Source of the DNA: Phycisphaerales bacterium
GTDB lineage: Bacteria; Planctomycetota; Phycisphaerae; Phycisphaerales; UBA1924
DNA length: 64,000 nt
Assembly (NCBI GenBank): GCA_046155605.1
Contig: JBJXFQ010000011.1
Span: forward strand, 6,842-70,841
Direction of reading: 5' to 3'
This document shows positions 51,105 through 61,148 of this stretch, one piece after another. The notes below the pieces were generated by a model that saw nothing but the letters and a program-made list of their open reading frames with translations, searched no databases and was not told the origin of the DNA. Both the position numbers and the translations under genes were made by a program. Numbering within the stretch: the first letter of the stretch is position 1; every line of letters begins with the position of its first letter.

Positions 51105-53410
51105 TGCCCCAAGACGCCCCAAAGGCCGGGTTCAGCGGCGTCCGCAGCCGACGCGAGATGTTCCGCAGACCCCCGCGGACGTTCCAAAGCGTCGCCGACT
51201 TCTTCTTCCGATCGCCAACTGTTGGATGGGCCCTGCTCATTGGTGCCGCCTTCGTCCTCACCGGAACCGCCCTCGCCGCCTGGTCCAGGCAGCACGCCCT
51301 CGTCGCCGTCGATCGCGTGATGAACATCACCGCGGTCGTGCGTCGGCCCTTCAGCCTCGAAGATTCCATCCGCACCGAGCAGGCCCGCGAGTTGGCCCGC
51401 GCCCAGACGCCCCGCGTCTATGCCGTCATCCCCGGCAAGATCGAGGCCCTGCGGGCGTCGATCGAAGGCCTGCCCAAGACCCTGGCCGGCGCGATGAACG
51501 CCGCCGACGTCCGCGCCGAGGTCAAAGCCCAGTTCCCGCTCACCGACGAGGCTGTCAGTTCGATCCGCGCCGAAGCCACCGAAGACGGTGCGAGCGCCGC
51601 ATGGGTCGAGCGCACGGGCCTGCTTGCCGCCCTTTTGGCCCGCCAACCCTTCGTCGACGATCAGGCCATGCAGCGTGAACTGCAGGAGAGCCTCGCCCGC
51701 GACATCGAGATCCGCGTGAGTGACGCGCCCTCGATCCGGATCCCGAAGGAAGGCTCGATCGTCAACATCAAGGACGAAGCCCAGTTGGCGCAGGCCGCGA
51801 TGCGCCTCACGCGCGAGGCCGGCTTCGTTGAGCCCGCGCTCTCGGTCGTCGCCGGCCGCCTTCGCCACAACCCGGAACCCACCTTCCAACTCGACGAGGC
51901 CGCCACTACCCGCGCCCGCAACGTCCGCGCCGAAGCCATCTCCCCGGTACGCACCGAAGTCCCCGCGGGTCAGGTCATCTTTAAGCGTGGCGACACGCTC
52001 ACGCCCCAGGCGCTCGAACTCTACCGCCGCGACCTCGACGTCTTCGCCGAGCAGTCCGAGTCGTGGAAGGTCTGGCTCCGCCGCGCCAGCCTCATGGGCG
52101 GCGTCACCGCCATCGCCCTCGCCGTTGCCGGCTATCTCGCCCTCTTCTGCCCGCGCGTCCGCACCAGCCCGCGGCGCATGGCCGGCGTCGCCCTCATGCT
52201 TGTCGGGGGGCTCGCCCTCTCCTGCGTTGGCACCGTCGCCAATCCCGCCCTCCTCACCCTCACCGCCGTCGCCCCCACCGTCCTCGTCTCCGTCATCCTC
52301 GTCATCGCCTATGACCAGCGCGTTGCGCTGGCGCTGGGAACCCTCGAAGGCGTCCTCGTCTGCATCGCCCTCGACCAGCCCATCGGCGTCTACGCCCTCA
52401 TCCTCACCGGCATCAGTTTCGCCGTCTTTCAACTCCGCGAGATCCGCGATCGTCGTGGCATCATCCGCACCGGCCTCTACGCCGCCGCCGCCCTCTCCGT
52501 CGGCACCGTCCTCGTCGCCCTCATTGATCGCCCCATCAGCGACGCCTCACTCCGACAGACCTTCATGGACGCCGCCCTCGCCGGCTGCGGGGGCCTTGGC
52601 ATCGGCGTCCTCACCCTCTCGCTCCTCCCCACCCTCGAACGCGCCTTCGACATCACCACCGGCATGACCCTCGTCGAACTCCGCGACCCCAAGCAGCCCC
52701 TCCTCCGACAACTCCAGCAGCAGGCCCCCGGCACCTACAACCACTCTCTCAATGTCGCCGCCATCGCCGAGGCCGCCGCCGACGCCATCCGCGCCGACTC
52801 TCTTCTTACCTATGTCGGTGCCCTCTACCACGACGTCGGCAAGATGAACAAGCCCGATTACTTCGTCGAGAACCAGACCGGCGGCCCGTCCAAGCACGAC
52901 AAACTCAGCCCCGCCATGAGCCTCCTCGTCATCGTTGGGCACGTCAAGGACGGCCTCGCCATGGCCGAGGAATATAACTTGCCGCGCTCCATCCGCCATT
53001 TCATCGAGGCCCACCACGGCACCACCCTCGTTGAGTTCTTCTACAACCGCGCCCGCCGCCAGGCCGAGTCCGCCCGCACCCCCGAGGCCGAGGCCCCCGA
53101 CGAGGTCGAGTTCCGCTACCCGGGCCCAAAGCCACGAACCAAGGAATGCGCCATTCTGATGCTCGCCGACGCCATCGAGAGCGCCACCCGCACCATGGCC
53201 GAGCCCACACCCAGCCGCATCGACACCCTCGTCCGCGCGATGGCGTCCAAGCGCCTCATGGACGGCCAGTTCGACGACTGCGAACTCACCCTCCGCGAAC
53301 TCCAGACCATCACCGATTCCATCAGCAAGTCCGTCAGCAGCATCTATCACGGCCGCGTCTTGTATCCCAGCACCGCCGGCCTCACCGCCGCCGAAGAGAA
53401 GCGGGCCTGA
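51104..53410 (+). CDS. 7TM-HD membrane phosphohydrolase (7TMR-HDED/HDIG family)
   Basis: 768 aa with an N-terminal extracytoplasmic domain and seven TM segments. The HD domain has HSLNVA, YHDVGK, HVKDG and FIEAHHG. The phoH-adjacent context is conserved in many bacteria. Confidence 0.85.
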   Translation: MPQDAPKAGFSGVRSRREMFRRPPRTFQSVADFFFRSPTVGWALLIGAAFVLTGTALAAWSRQHALVAVDRVMNITAVVRRPFSLEDSIRTEQARELARAQTPRVYAVIPGKIEALRASIEGLPKTLAGAMNAADVRAEVKAQFPLTDEAVSSIRAEATEDGASAAWVERTGLLAALLARQPFVDDQAMQRELQESLARDIEIRVSDAPSIRIPKEGSIVNIKDEAQLAQAAMRLTREAGFVEPALSVVAGRLRHNPEPTFQLDEAATTRARNVRAEAISPVRTEVPAGQVIFKRGDTLTPQALELYRRDLDVFAEQSESWKVWLRRASLMGGVTAIALAVAGYLALFCPRVRTSPRRMAGVALMLVGGLALSCVGTVANPALLTLTAVAPTVLVSVILVIAYDQRVALALGTLEGVLVCIALDQPIGVYALILTGISFAVFQLREIRDRRGIIRTGLYAAAALSVGTVLVALIDRPISDASLRQTFMDAALAGCGGLGIGVLTLSLLPTLERAFDITTGMTLVELRDPKQPLLRQLQQQAPGTYNHSLNVAAIAEAAADAIRADSLLTYVGALYHDVGKMNKPDYFVENQTGGPSKHDKLSPAMSLLVIVGHVKDGLAMAEEYNLPRSIRHFIEAHHGTTLVEFFYNRARRQAESARTPEAEAPDEVEFRYPGPKPRTKECAILMLADAIESATRTMAEPTPSRIDTLVRAMASKRLMDGQFDDCELTLRELQTITDSISKSVSSIYHGRVLYPSTAGLTAAEEKRA

Positions 53411-53426
53411 TCGCCACGCCGCCCGA

Positions 53427-54527
53427 TCACCGCCGCCGACGCATGGCGAAGATCACCCCGCCCAGCACCAACGCCGCCGCCGTTCCCGGCGTCGGGACGC
53501 CCACCCACATGAAGGCGTGCTTCTGTGCGGTGTTGATGTCCTGCGCCCAGCCGCCGACGACGATCCGGCCATCGCCCGCCCAGATGCTCGTTGCCTCGGA
53601 AAGAAAGTAGTTGCTCGGTAGGAACGATTGTAAGTTGATCACGTTGTTGGGCGAGCCGAGCCAGACCAGAGCCACCTGCCCTGCCGAGCCCGACACGCTT
53701 CCCCAGCCCGCATGAAACTCCCCGGTCGTCGCCGTCAGGCGCGAGTAGCCCGCATTGGGCGGGTGCCAGTCCTCGAACGTCCCCGCGCTCCCGCGCCACA
53801 CCGCGGCGTGCTCGAGCGAGGTCGTCGCCTTCGCAAAGCCGACCTGGATGCCCGGCGCCATCCCCGCGATCAGGCTGTAGTACGTCGGGCCGGGATTGAG
53901 GTCGAGCCACGATGACGACCCATCCCACAGCGCCGCGTGTGATGCGGTGCCGCCCCCTGGGAACGGGACATTGACCCAGCCGCCCTGCCGCGTACCGTCC
54001 GTGGCCGTGGCCATGGACGACCCCGTGACGCCGGCCGGATGCAGGTCGATGAACGACGCGGCCGTACCGCGCCACATCACCGCCCGAGTACCGACACCAT
54101 CGCCTGTATACCCGGCCTGTTGATCGCCGCGCATGGACAGGGCGAGAGAAAGCAGTGATGGTGGGGCACCAACTGGGTGAAGCGAAACTGCCGACTGCGA
54201 CGATCCCCGCCACAGTGTCGCGAACCCACGAACATCTCCAACCTGCACATCATCGGCCATTCCCCACACATGGCCGTTATCGCCGACACCGGACGTCAAT
54301 GGCATCCATGACTGGCCGGTGCCTTGCCACAAACCGGGGCGAGTAGTGATTTGAGAAAATGCTGACCCACCTTGCTGGGTACCCCAGACAGCAAGGGTTT
54401 CCGATCGAGTTGCACCAATCGGGTTCAAGGGCGTCGCAGACCATTGCCATTGCGCAACGGCACAACTCGAACAAAAACCTGCCGCAACGGAGATTGCAAC
54501 AAGCCGGTATAACCTACGCATTGACAT
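53427..54527 (-). CDS. HAF-repeat PEP-CTERM secreted protein
   Basis: The start is at MSMRRLYRLVAISVAAG (54527). The repeats are ATLWRGSSQSAVSLHPVG, AVMWRGTAASFIDLHPAG, HAALWDGSSSWLDLNPG, HAAVWRGSAGTFEDWHPP and KHAFMWVG. The C-terminus reads VPTPGTAAALVLGGVIFAMRRRR. Confidence 0.75.
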   Translation of the reverse strand: MSMRRLYRLVAISVAAGFCSSCAVAQWQWSATPLNPIGATRSETLAVWGTQQGGSAFSQITTRPGLWQGTGQSWMPLTSGVGDNGHVWGMADDVQVGDVRGFATLWRGSSQSAVSLHPVGAPPSLLSLALSMRGDQQAGYTGDGVGTRAVMWRGTAASFIDLHPAGVTGSSMATATDGTRQGGWVNVPFPGGGTASHAALWDGSSSWLDLNPGPTYYSLIAGMAPGIQVGFAKATTSLEHAAVWRGSAGTFEDWHPPNAGYSRLTATTGEFHAGWGSVSGSAGQVALVWLGSPNNVINLQSFLPSNYFLSEATSIWAGDGRIVVGGWAQDINTAQKHAFMWVGVPTPGTAAALVLGGVIFAMRRRR

Positions 54528-54548
54528 GCTGTCAATATACTGTATGCT
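54521..54548 (+). promoter_or_regulatory. Putative sigma70-type promoter of the 54573 gene, -35 inside a TTGACA-N3-TGTCAA palindrome
   Basis: It has TTGACA (54521-54526), a 16-nt spacer and TATGCT (54543-54548). An aggaga SD lies at 54561-54566 and the ATG at 54573. Confidence 0.3.
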
Positions 54549-54572
54549 GGCGCTGTTGCAAGGAGAATTTCC

Positions 54573-56207
54573 ATGAAATCTCGGATCCTCGTCGTGCCCG
54601 CGGCGATCGCGTTGACGCAGATGACGAACGCACAAGTCGTCGGCCCGGCGATCCGAGCGCACTCAGCCAACACATCCGCGCGGTCATGTTCGGAGACAGC
54701 GATCATCGCCGCTGGCTCCGCCGTCGCGGTCGCCTACAACGACTATGCAGGGCAAATGCATTATTCGATCAGCACGAAAGCGTTGACAGGCGCAAACCCC
54801 TTCGCGGTCTTCGACGCCAACTTGACCGGAGTAGACTGTAACTCGACCGAGGTTCTGACTCGCGGCGTCGATCCGATGGTTGCGCGTAGCACAAACGGCG
54901 ACTTGTATCTGGGTGGTATGTTTCGCTATCCAATCGGAGGCCTTTCGTCCAGCAACGCTATTGCATTCTCCAGAAAGCCCGCGGGCTCGTCGTCGCTCGA
55001 TCCGGCGATCAACCTCGTCTGCTGGAGCCTCGAGATGGGAAGCGACAAGCCGCTCATGGCTATCGGACCCCGCCCGGGCGGAGCAACAGGCGAACGGCTT
55101 TACGCTGCGCACACACGCGTGAACCAGGGCAACTGTGGCAACTACAACAGCCGGTCGAGCTCGAAATTGCTGCTCGGATCAAGCATTGATGACGTGCCGA
55201 TCGGGTTGGACCTCAACTGCGGTGTCACAACCCTCGGGTGCATGCCCATCGTGCTGCCTTCGGGACCAAGCAAAGGCCGGCTGATCGTCACGATGCTGCC
55301 CGGCCCCACGCTCGGCAATCTGCCGCAGGTGTGGCGATCGGACAATGAGGGTTTGCCCACCGGCGGCGGACAATCATGGCTTCTTAGTTCGACGCCGACA
55401 CAAACTCGGACGCCCGGCGTCGCGGGTTTCGAGGACCTTCTCGCGTTTGACGGACAAGGAGCGAGCGCCGTCGTTCCCGGGAACTTCCGCGTACACAACT
55501 TCTCAGCGCTGGCAAATGACCCCGGAAATTCGAACAGTGTCTACCTCGTTTTCGTGGCCGGCACCCCGAGCGCCGGGGCGTCGAACTTGGACATCATCAT
55601 ATCGAAGAGCGAGGATGCCGGCGCGACCTTCCTCTCGACCAACACCCTCCACATCACCGACTCGCTGCTCGGGCTCGTCACCGGCACCGATCAGATCATG
55701 CCTTGGATCGCGGTGGACGTGTCGGGCGGCATCAACCTGCTCTTCTACTCGGTCAACGAGAACGCCACGACAGACATGGAAAATGTGCCGTACTTTCGTG
55801 TCTACTACGCGAGGTTTCCTTCGTTCAGCGCCACGAGCCCGCCCACGCCGTTCGTTCACGCACTCTCGCCGACCTTCTTGGTCCCGGTTGTCCCCGGCGC
55901 GTCGTGGCCCGATGGGGCGCAGGTCACCGGCGACTACCAGATGATCTGTGCCGACAGTTGCAATGCCTACGTCGCCTATATGAGCGCTGAAACGGGTGCC
56001 GCCGACATCTACGTCCGTAAGATCACCGGCCTGTGCGCCATCGCCGACTCCGATCAGGTCGGTGCAATCACGACGAACGATCCGCCGACCTTCGCCATGC
56101 AGTTCCTCGCCTGCGACCCGCTCGCCGACCTCACAAACAACGGCACCATCGACGCCGCGGACATGCAGCACTTCCTCACCGCCTTCGCCTGCCAGTGCAA
56201 TCCCTAG
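54573..56207 (+). CDS. Secreted BNR/Asp-box (sialidase-like beta-propeller) protein with dockerin-like C-terminal module
   Basis: 544 aa with a signal peptide (ILVVPAAIALTQMTNAQ). It has one clear Asp-box, SEDAGATF (S-x-D-x-G-x-T-F). The C-terminus reads DSDQVGAITTNDPPTFAMQFLACDP + DLTNNGTIDAADMQHFLTAFACQCNP. The fold assignment is tentative. Confidence 0.5.
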   Translation: MKSRILVVPAAIALTQMTNAQVVGPAIRAHSANTSARSCSETAIIAAGSAVAVAYNDYAGQMHYSISTKALTGANPFAVFDANLTGVDCNSTEVLTRGVDPMVARSTNGDLYLGGMFRYPIGGLSSSNAIAFSRKPAGSSSLDPAINLVCWSLEMGSDKPLMAIGPRPGGATGERLYAAHTRVNQGNCGNYNSRSSSKLLLGSSIDDVPIGLDLNCGVTTLGCMPIVLPSGPSKGRLIVTMLPGPTLGNLPQVWRSDNEGLPTGGGQSWLLSSTPTQTRTPGVAGFEDLLAFDGQGASAVVPGNFRVHNFSALANDPGNSNSVYLVFVAGTPSAGASNLDIIISKSEDAGATFLSTNTLHITDSLLGLVTGTDQIMPWIAVDVSGGINLLFYSVNENATTDMENVPYFRVYYARFPSFSATSPPTPFVHALSPTFLVPVVPGASWPDGAQVTGDYQMICADSCNAYVAYMSAETGAADIYVRKITGLCAIADSDQVGAITTNDPPTFAMQFLACDPLADLTNNGTIDAADMQHFLTAFACQCNP

Positions 56208-56229
56208 CCCCCTCGCCGTACACTCCGGC

Positions 56230-57975
56230 ATGACCACTCCCGCCAGCCCGGCCTTCGTCCCAATCCCCCTCAACGCCGCCCGCTGGGAAGAGATCGAACC
56301 GCTCCTCCTCGCCCTGCGCGATCGGCCCGTTCGCACGCCCGCCGACCTCGAACAATGGCTCCTCGACCGCTCCGAACTCGAGGCGGCCTGCCAGGAGGCC
56401 GAGAGCGACCTCTATATCTCGATGACCTGCCACACCGACGACGCCGAGGCCGCGGGCGCGTTCACCCGCTACATCGAGACCATCCCGCCGCGCCTCAAGC
56501 CCGCGATCTTCGCCCTCGACCGGCGTCAGGTTGACCTCTTCAAGCAGTTCAAGCCCGACCCGCGACGCTTCGAGGTCATCGACCGCGACACGCGGGCCGA
56601 GGTCGAACTCTTCCGTCCCGAGAACGTCCCGATCCAGACCGAACTCGAAAAACTCTCGCAGGAATACCAGACCATCAGTGGCGCGATGATGGTCACCTTC
56701 GACGGCCGCGAGCAGACCCTGCCCATGATGGCCCGTTATCAGGAGTCTCCCGAGCGCGCGATCCGCGAATCAGCATGGCGAGCCGTCGCCGAGCGCCGCT
56801 TTCGCGATGCCGACGCCATCGAAACCCTCTTCGATCGAATGATCGCACTCCGTGACCAGATGGCCCGCCAAGCCGGGCTCCCCACCTTCGTCGAATACGC
56901 GTTCAAGAGCCGTCGTCGCTTTGACTACACGCCAGACCAGTGCCGGATCTTTCACGACGCCGTCGCCAAGGCCGTCGTGCCCTTCGTGCGGCGCCAGAAC
57001 GACCGCCGGAAGCGGCAACTCCGCTGCGGCACGCTCCGGCCCTGGGACCTCGCCGTCGATCCCAAGGGCCGACCTCCGCTCAAGCCCTTCACCGGCGGCG
57101 TCGAACTGATGGCGAAGTCCGTGCGCACGTTCGAGCGTCTGGACCCGCGCTTGGCCGCGATGCTCGCCACGCTCGGCGACGGGGCCAACACCAACGGCGC
57201 GGCCGAGGGTGCCTGCCTCGACCTCGACACCCGCAAGGGCAAGGCACCCGGCGGCTATCAGGCCATGCGCGATCGCTCACGCAAGCCGTTCATCTTCATG
57301 AACGCCGCGGGACTGCATCGTGACGTCGAGACAATGGTCCACGAGGCCGGGCACGCGTTCCACTCGCTGTTGTGCCTCGATGAGCCGCTGCTGCACTATC
57401 GCCACGCGCCGCTGGAGTTCTGCGAGGTCGCCAGCATGAGCATGGAACTGCTCACCATGCCGCATTGGAAAGCGACCGACGGGTTCTACCCCGCGCAGAC
57501 CGACGCCGACCGCGCCCGGCGGAAGCAGGTCGAAGGCTCCGTCTCCCTCCTGCCGTGGATCGCCACCATCGACGCCTTCCAGCACTGGCTCTACGCCAAC
57601 CCGACGCACTCGCGCGACGAGCGGGCCGAAGCCTGGCTCGCCATCGACGACCGCTTCGGACCCGATGTCTCATGGACCGGCCTCGAAGCCAACCGCCGCA
57701 CCCTCTGGCATCGCCAGGGACACCTCTTCGCCGTCCCGTTCTATTACATCGAATACGGCATCGCCCAACTGGGCGCGCTCCAGTTGTGGCTTCGTTCGCT
57801 CGAAGATGGCCCCAAGGCCGCGATCGAGTCGTACATGGCCGCCCTCCGACTGGGCGGCTCACGGCCGATCCCTGAACTCTTCGCCGCGGCAGGCATCAAG
57901 TTCGACTTTGGTGCCGAGATCGTCGGCCGCCTCGTCGAGCGAGTCGAACGCGAACTCGACAAACTGCCGGAATAG
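56230..57975 (+). CDS. pepF: M3 family oligoendopeptidase (PepF/M3B-like)
   Basis: The ATG is at 56230. It has the zinc motif HEAGHAFH and a downstream E (EVASMSME). The length of ~580 aa is typical. Confidence 0.85.
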   Translation: MTTPASPAFVPIPLNAARWEEIEPLLLALRDRPVRTPADLEQWLLDRSELEAACQEAESDLYISMTCHTDDAEAAGAFTRYIETIPPRLKPAIFALDRRQVDLFKQFKPDPRRFEVIDRDTRAEVELFRPENVPIQTELEKLSQEYQTISGAMMVTFDGREQTLPMMARYQESPERAIRESAWRAVAERRFRDADAIETLFDRMIALRDQMARQAGLPTFVEYAFKSRRRFDYTPDQCRIFHDAVAKAVVPFVRRQNDRRKRQLRCGTLRPWDLAVDPKGRPPLKPFTGGVELMAKSVRTFERLDPRLAAMLATLGDGANTNGAAEGACLDLDTRKGKAPGGYQAMRDRSRKPFIFMNAAGLHRDVETMVHEAGHAFHSLLCLDEPLLHYRHAPLEFCEVASMSMELLTMPHWKATDGFYPAQTDADRARRKQVEGSVSLLPWIATIDAFQHWLYANPTHSRDERAEAWLAIDDRFGPDVSWTGLEANRRTLWHRQGHLFAVPFYYIEYGIAQLGALQLWLRSLEDGPKAAIESYMAALRLGGSRPIPELFAAAGIKFDFGAEIVGRLVERVERELDKLPE

Positions 57976-58019
57976 CCCGGCGAAGAGGTGGTTCGATCTA
58001 CCGCATCGACTGAGATGGA

Positions 58020-59444
58020 TCAAGGAGTATTCGTCAGCGCGGCCTTGATTTCCCTCAAGAGCGAGTCCAGATCAGCCCCCTTCAACTCGTCAATATTCAG
58101 TTTCTTGATCAGACCCTCAATCTTTGACTTATCCGGCGCTGTTGATCGTCGCAGGGCTGCTTGCAACTGGCTCACAAGATTCTGGCGTTGCTCATCGGTG
58201 TAGACCTGTTTGTCCGGAGTCGCACTGAGATCGTCAAGAAGTCTCTCGATCGCTGGACGGAGGAGTGTTTCGATGCCGCTAACCTCCGCAGCGCTGCTGT
58301 CGATGCCCCGAATTGCCGCGATGTCGCGTTGATAGGTCGAGATGCTTTCGACACGCGTTAGAGCCTCTCTGAGATCGTCGGCACGAGCCTGAATTGTCGC
58401 TTCACGTCCGCGGTTGATGCTCGCCTGAAGCTTTGCGAGCGTGAACATCTCGGTCGCTGCGTCATTGGCACGAGCGTCCTCGCCCGTGCGGATGTTGAGC
58501 ACCATGTAGGTGTGATTTCGGTAGTCGGCGATGACCCTGTCCTTCATGATGCGCAACCGCTTTGTACTGCGGTCGAATGTCAACTCGTCCCACGGAATGG
58601 CACCAAGCCCCGGCCCATTGCCGACGAGCCCGGCCCGGATGTGGTCCCGCTTCACAACCACCAAGTCGCCCGCACAGAGATACGAGTGAGTGCGGTTGTC
58701 GCGGCCGGTGTATGGCTGAAGCACCACATGGTAACTCAGTTCCGTGTCATTCTGTGGACCTTTGAGAAGCGCTGAACCGAGCGAATCCAGCACGGCAAGC
58801 GCCGGAGACGCGGGCGGATACGCCTTTGCACCCAGGCCCGCGAGTGTCTGCATGAGTTCACGCGTACGAGACGCTTCTTCTTCGTCCAACTCGATAATGT
58901 GGATCTCGAGCAGGAGGGGCGACCCTTTCCAGGTGACGGGTCCATACACTGGCAGCCCGCCGCCAAAGTTCAAAAACTGCCCAGGATCGCTCGACGACTT
59001 GCCGCCACTCGTCGCCGGAACCCGCTCCCGCAGTCGCACATCTTCGTTGTAGTACACCACACGACCAGACTCGGTTGCTGTTGGAGAGTAATCGATCCCG
59101 GCACCATCGAGTTCCTTGACGTTCACCACAATCGCAATCTCGCCCCGTGCTTCAGGGTCGCCAAGCAGGAACGGCCTCGCCATCTCCTGAAATGAGGCAA
59201 TGAAAGCGGTGTCGAGTGTGATCGTGATCGACAGACCCTTGTTGATCGCGTTGCCATCGGCTGGGGCATCAATGAACTTGCTCGCGGTTTCCATCGCCTC
59301 CCCACAGCCCGGAACGGCAGCGCAGTTCGGGTCCGGCCTTCGCGTAAGGAGCCGATGATCCGTCGAACCCTCGTTCTTGGAAGCGCAGCCGCCCGCGAGG
59401 AGAAGGGGCAGGGTTGCGCACCCCGCCAAAATCGATGATCGCAT
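58020..59444 (-). CDS. Large orphan lipoprotein, hypothetical
   Basis: 474 aa with a lipobox LLAGGC near the N-terminus. No domain was recognised. Local G+C is clearly lower: hand counts of two 60-nt samples gave 35/60 and 25/60, against 40/60 in an mfd sample. Confidence 0.55.
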   Translation of the reverse strand: MRSSILAGCATLPLLLAGGCASKNEGSTDHRLLTRRPDPNCAAVPGCGEAMETASKFIDAPADGNAINKGLSITITLDTAFIASFQEMARPFLLGDPEARGEIAIVVNVKELDGAGIDYSPTATESGRVVYYNEDVRLRERVPATSGGKSSSDPGQFLNFGGGLPVYGPVTWKGSPLLLEIHIIELDEEEASRTRELMQTLAGLGAKAYPPASPALAVLDSLGSALLKGPQNDTELSYHVVLQPYTGRDNRTHSYLCAGDLVVVKRDHIRAGLVGNGPGLGAIPWDELTFDRSTKRLRIMKDRVIADYRNHTYMVLNIRTGEDARANDAATEMFTLAKLQASINRGREATIQARADDLREALTRVESISTYQRDIAAIRGIDSSAAEVSGIETLLRPAIERLLDDLSATPDKQVYTDEQRQNLVSQLQAALRRSTAPDKSKIEGLIKKLNIDELKGADLDSLLREIKAALTNTP

Positions 59445-59628
59445 GGAATCTCCTTGTCAAAGTCGGACACTCTTCACAAGAAGCGTACCAATTTCAACCC
59501 ATGGCCAGAGAACACACAGCCATGCCTGGCGTGCTTGACCCCCTCCCACCCCATTCAGGGTACATGCCATGATTACATGATCAAGACGGCAATTCCTGCG
59601 CGAAATGCCAGTCGCCGGAGTGCCGAGT

Positions 59629-60516
59629 TCACTTCGCCTTCCCGCTCGACTTCCTCATCCGCGCCGTCTGCCCCTCGCCCCGCGCCGCCGCCAGTTTCGA
59701 GAGCAACACCTTGTTCTGCTCCGGCGTCAGGTGCGCCATGATCGACGTCACAAGTTGCCGCTGCTGCGCTGGCGTCGGCTTGCCCTTGGTCTTCTGCACA
59801 TACTCCTGCGCGAGATTGCGGACCTTCGTCTCCTGCTCGGGCGCGAGTTGCAACTCCTCGATCAGCGCCTCGAAATCGCGCTGCCCCGCGCCGATCAGCC
59901 GCTCGTACGAACGCTTCACCTCGAGCCCCAGATCCGCGAGCCGCTCACGCATGGCCGCCGCGCGCGGCCGCGCCCGCTCCCCCTTCGTCTTCGCTTCCCC
60001 AGCGGCCTCGTCCGTCACCGCCTTGCGATACTCCGTCACCAGCGTCGTGAAGCGGCCACGCATCGCAGGCGGGAGCGCGTCGTGGATCTCATCCACCAGT
60101 TCGCCCCGCGCCCGCAGCGGCTCCAACTTCGCGTTGAACTCTCCCAGCAGCGACACGATCGCCGCGCGATCGCCGCCCTGGCGTGCCGTCACAAACTTCA
60201 GCAGCAGGTCGATGTTGTCGCGGACGATCCCGTCCATGATCGCCGCACGCTCGTTGAGGATGCGCGTCGTCGCGGCCCGAGTCGCCTCATCAAGGTCGAG
60301 CAAGGCGAGCGATGCCTCTTCGGGCGGCGTGTCCAGCCGCTTCACCTTCCCCGCAAAATCTCGCTCGATCAGCGTCGTCGTGCTCCGCTCGCTCACCTTC
60401 GGCCCGGCGAGCGCCGCCCCCTCCGCAGTCGGCGGGCTATCGGACTGTGCCCGCACCGAAACACAACCACTCGCGATCCCCAACGCAACCGCCGACACGC
60501 TTGCAAATCGATGCAT
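59629..60516 (-). CDS. Secreted all-helical protein, hypothetical (paralog of 38215-38973; Spy/CpxP-like flavour)
   Basis: 295 aa with a signal peptide (SAVALGIASGCVSVRAQ). By-eye alignment links it to the 38215-38973 product. The C-terminal LTPEQNKVLLSKL resembles LTxxQ periplasmic chaperone motifs, but weakly. Confidence 0.55.
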   Translation of the reverse strand: MHRFASVSAVALGIASGCVSVRAQSDSPPTAEGAALAGPKVSERSTTTLIERDFAGKVKRLDTPPEEASLALLDLDEATRAATTRILNERAAIMDGIVRDNIDLLLKFVTARQGGDRAAIVSLLGEFNAKLEPLRARGELVDEIHDALPPAMRGRFTTLVTEYRKAVTDEAAGEAKTKGERARPRAAAMRERLADLGLEVKRSYERLIGAGQRDFEALIEELQLAPEQETKVRNLAQEYVQKTKGKPTPAQQRQLVTSIMAHLTPEQNKVLLSKLAAARGEGQTARMRKSSGKAK

Positions 60517-60579
60517 GGGTCACTCCTCGGCCTATTCAACGCCGACCACTCGTCGGCATTGCCCGCGTACTCTTTCGGA

Positions 60580-61146
60580 ATGGAAGCCACGGCATCTCGG
60601 CCCGATCGTTCCCAACTCGCCGCCCAAATCGCAGCCGTCGCCCTTCTCCGCGGCACGTTCACCCTCCGATCGGGTCGGACCAGCAACTACTACCTCGATA
60701 AGTACCTCTTCTCGACCAGGCCCGAAGTCCTCCAACCCCTCGCCGAACTCTTCGCCATCGAGATCGATGCGTTCCAGACACAACTAGGACGGCGGATTGA
60801 TCGCCTCGCCGGCGCCGAACTCGGCGGCATCCCCCTCGTCACCGCCGCCAGCCTTCGCACCGGTCTTCCCTGCATCTTCATCCGCAATCAGAAGAAAGAC
60901 TACGGCACCGCCAAACGCCTCGAAGGCGTCCTCAATCCCGGTGAGGCCGTTGTCATCGTCGAAGACGTTGCCACCACCGGCGGGCAAGCACTCGAAGCCG
61001 CCGCCGTCATCCGTGAGTCCGGAGCCGTGCCGCTCGCCATCATCGCCACCATTGATCGCCAGGAAGGCGCGCGCGAGGCCATCGAACGCGCCGGCATCCT
61101 CTTCGCCGCGCTCTTCACCAAGGCCGACCTCGGCATCAACGAGTAG
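60580..61146 (+). CDS. pyrE: Orotate phosphoribosyltransferase
   Basis: The ATG is at 60580. It has FTLRSGRTSNYYLD and the PRPP-binding motif VVIVEDVATTGG. Confidence 0.9.
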   Translation: MEATASRPDRSQLAAQIAAVALLRGTFTLRSGRTSNYYLDKYLFSTRPEVLQPLAELFAIEIDAFQTQLGRRIDRLAGAELGGIPLVTAASLRTGLPCIFIRNQKKDYGTAKRLEGVLNPGEAVVIVEDVATTGGQALEAAAVIRESGAVPLAIIATIDRQEGAREAIERAGILFAALFTKADLGINE

Positions 61147-61148
61147 CG

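Noticed and set aside
57987-57998. tRNA T-loop-like string ggtggttcgatc in the 44-nt gap between pepF and the lipoprotein gene.
   Set aside because: The gap is too short for a tRNA, and no acceptor or anticodon stems can be drawn. Other gttcgaa/tcgaatcc strings all lie inside CDS.
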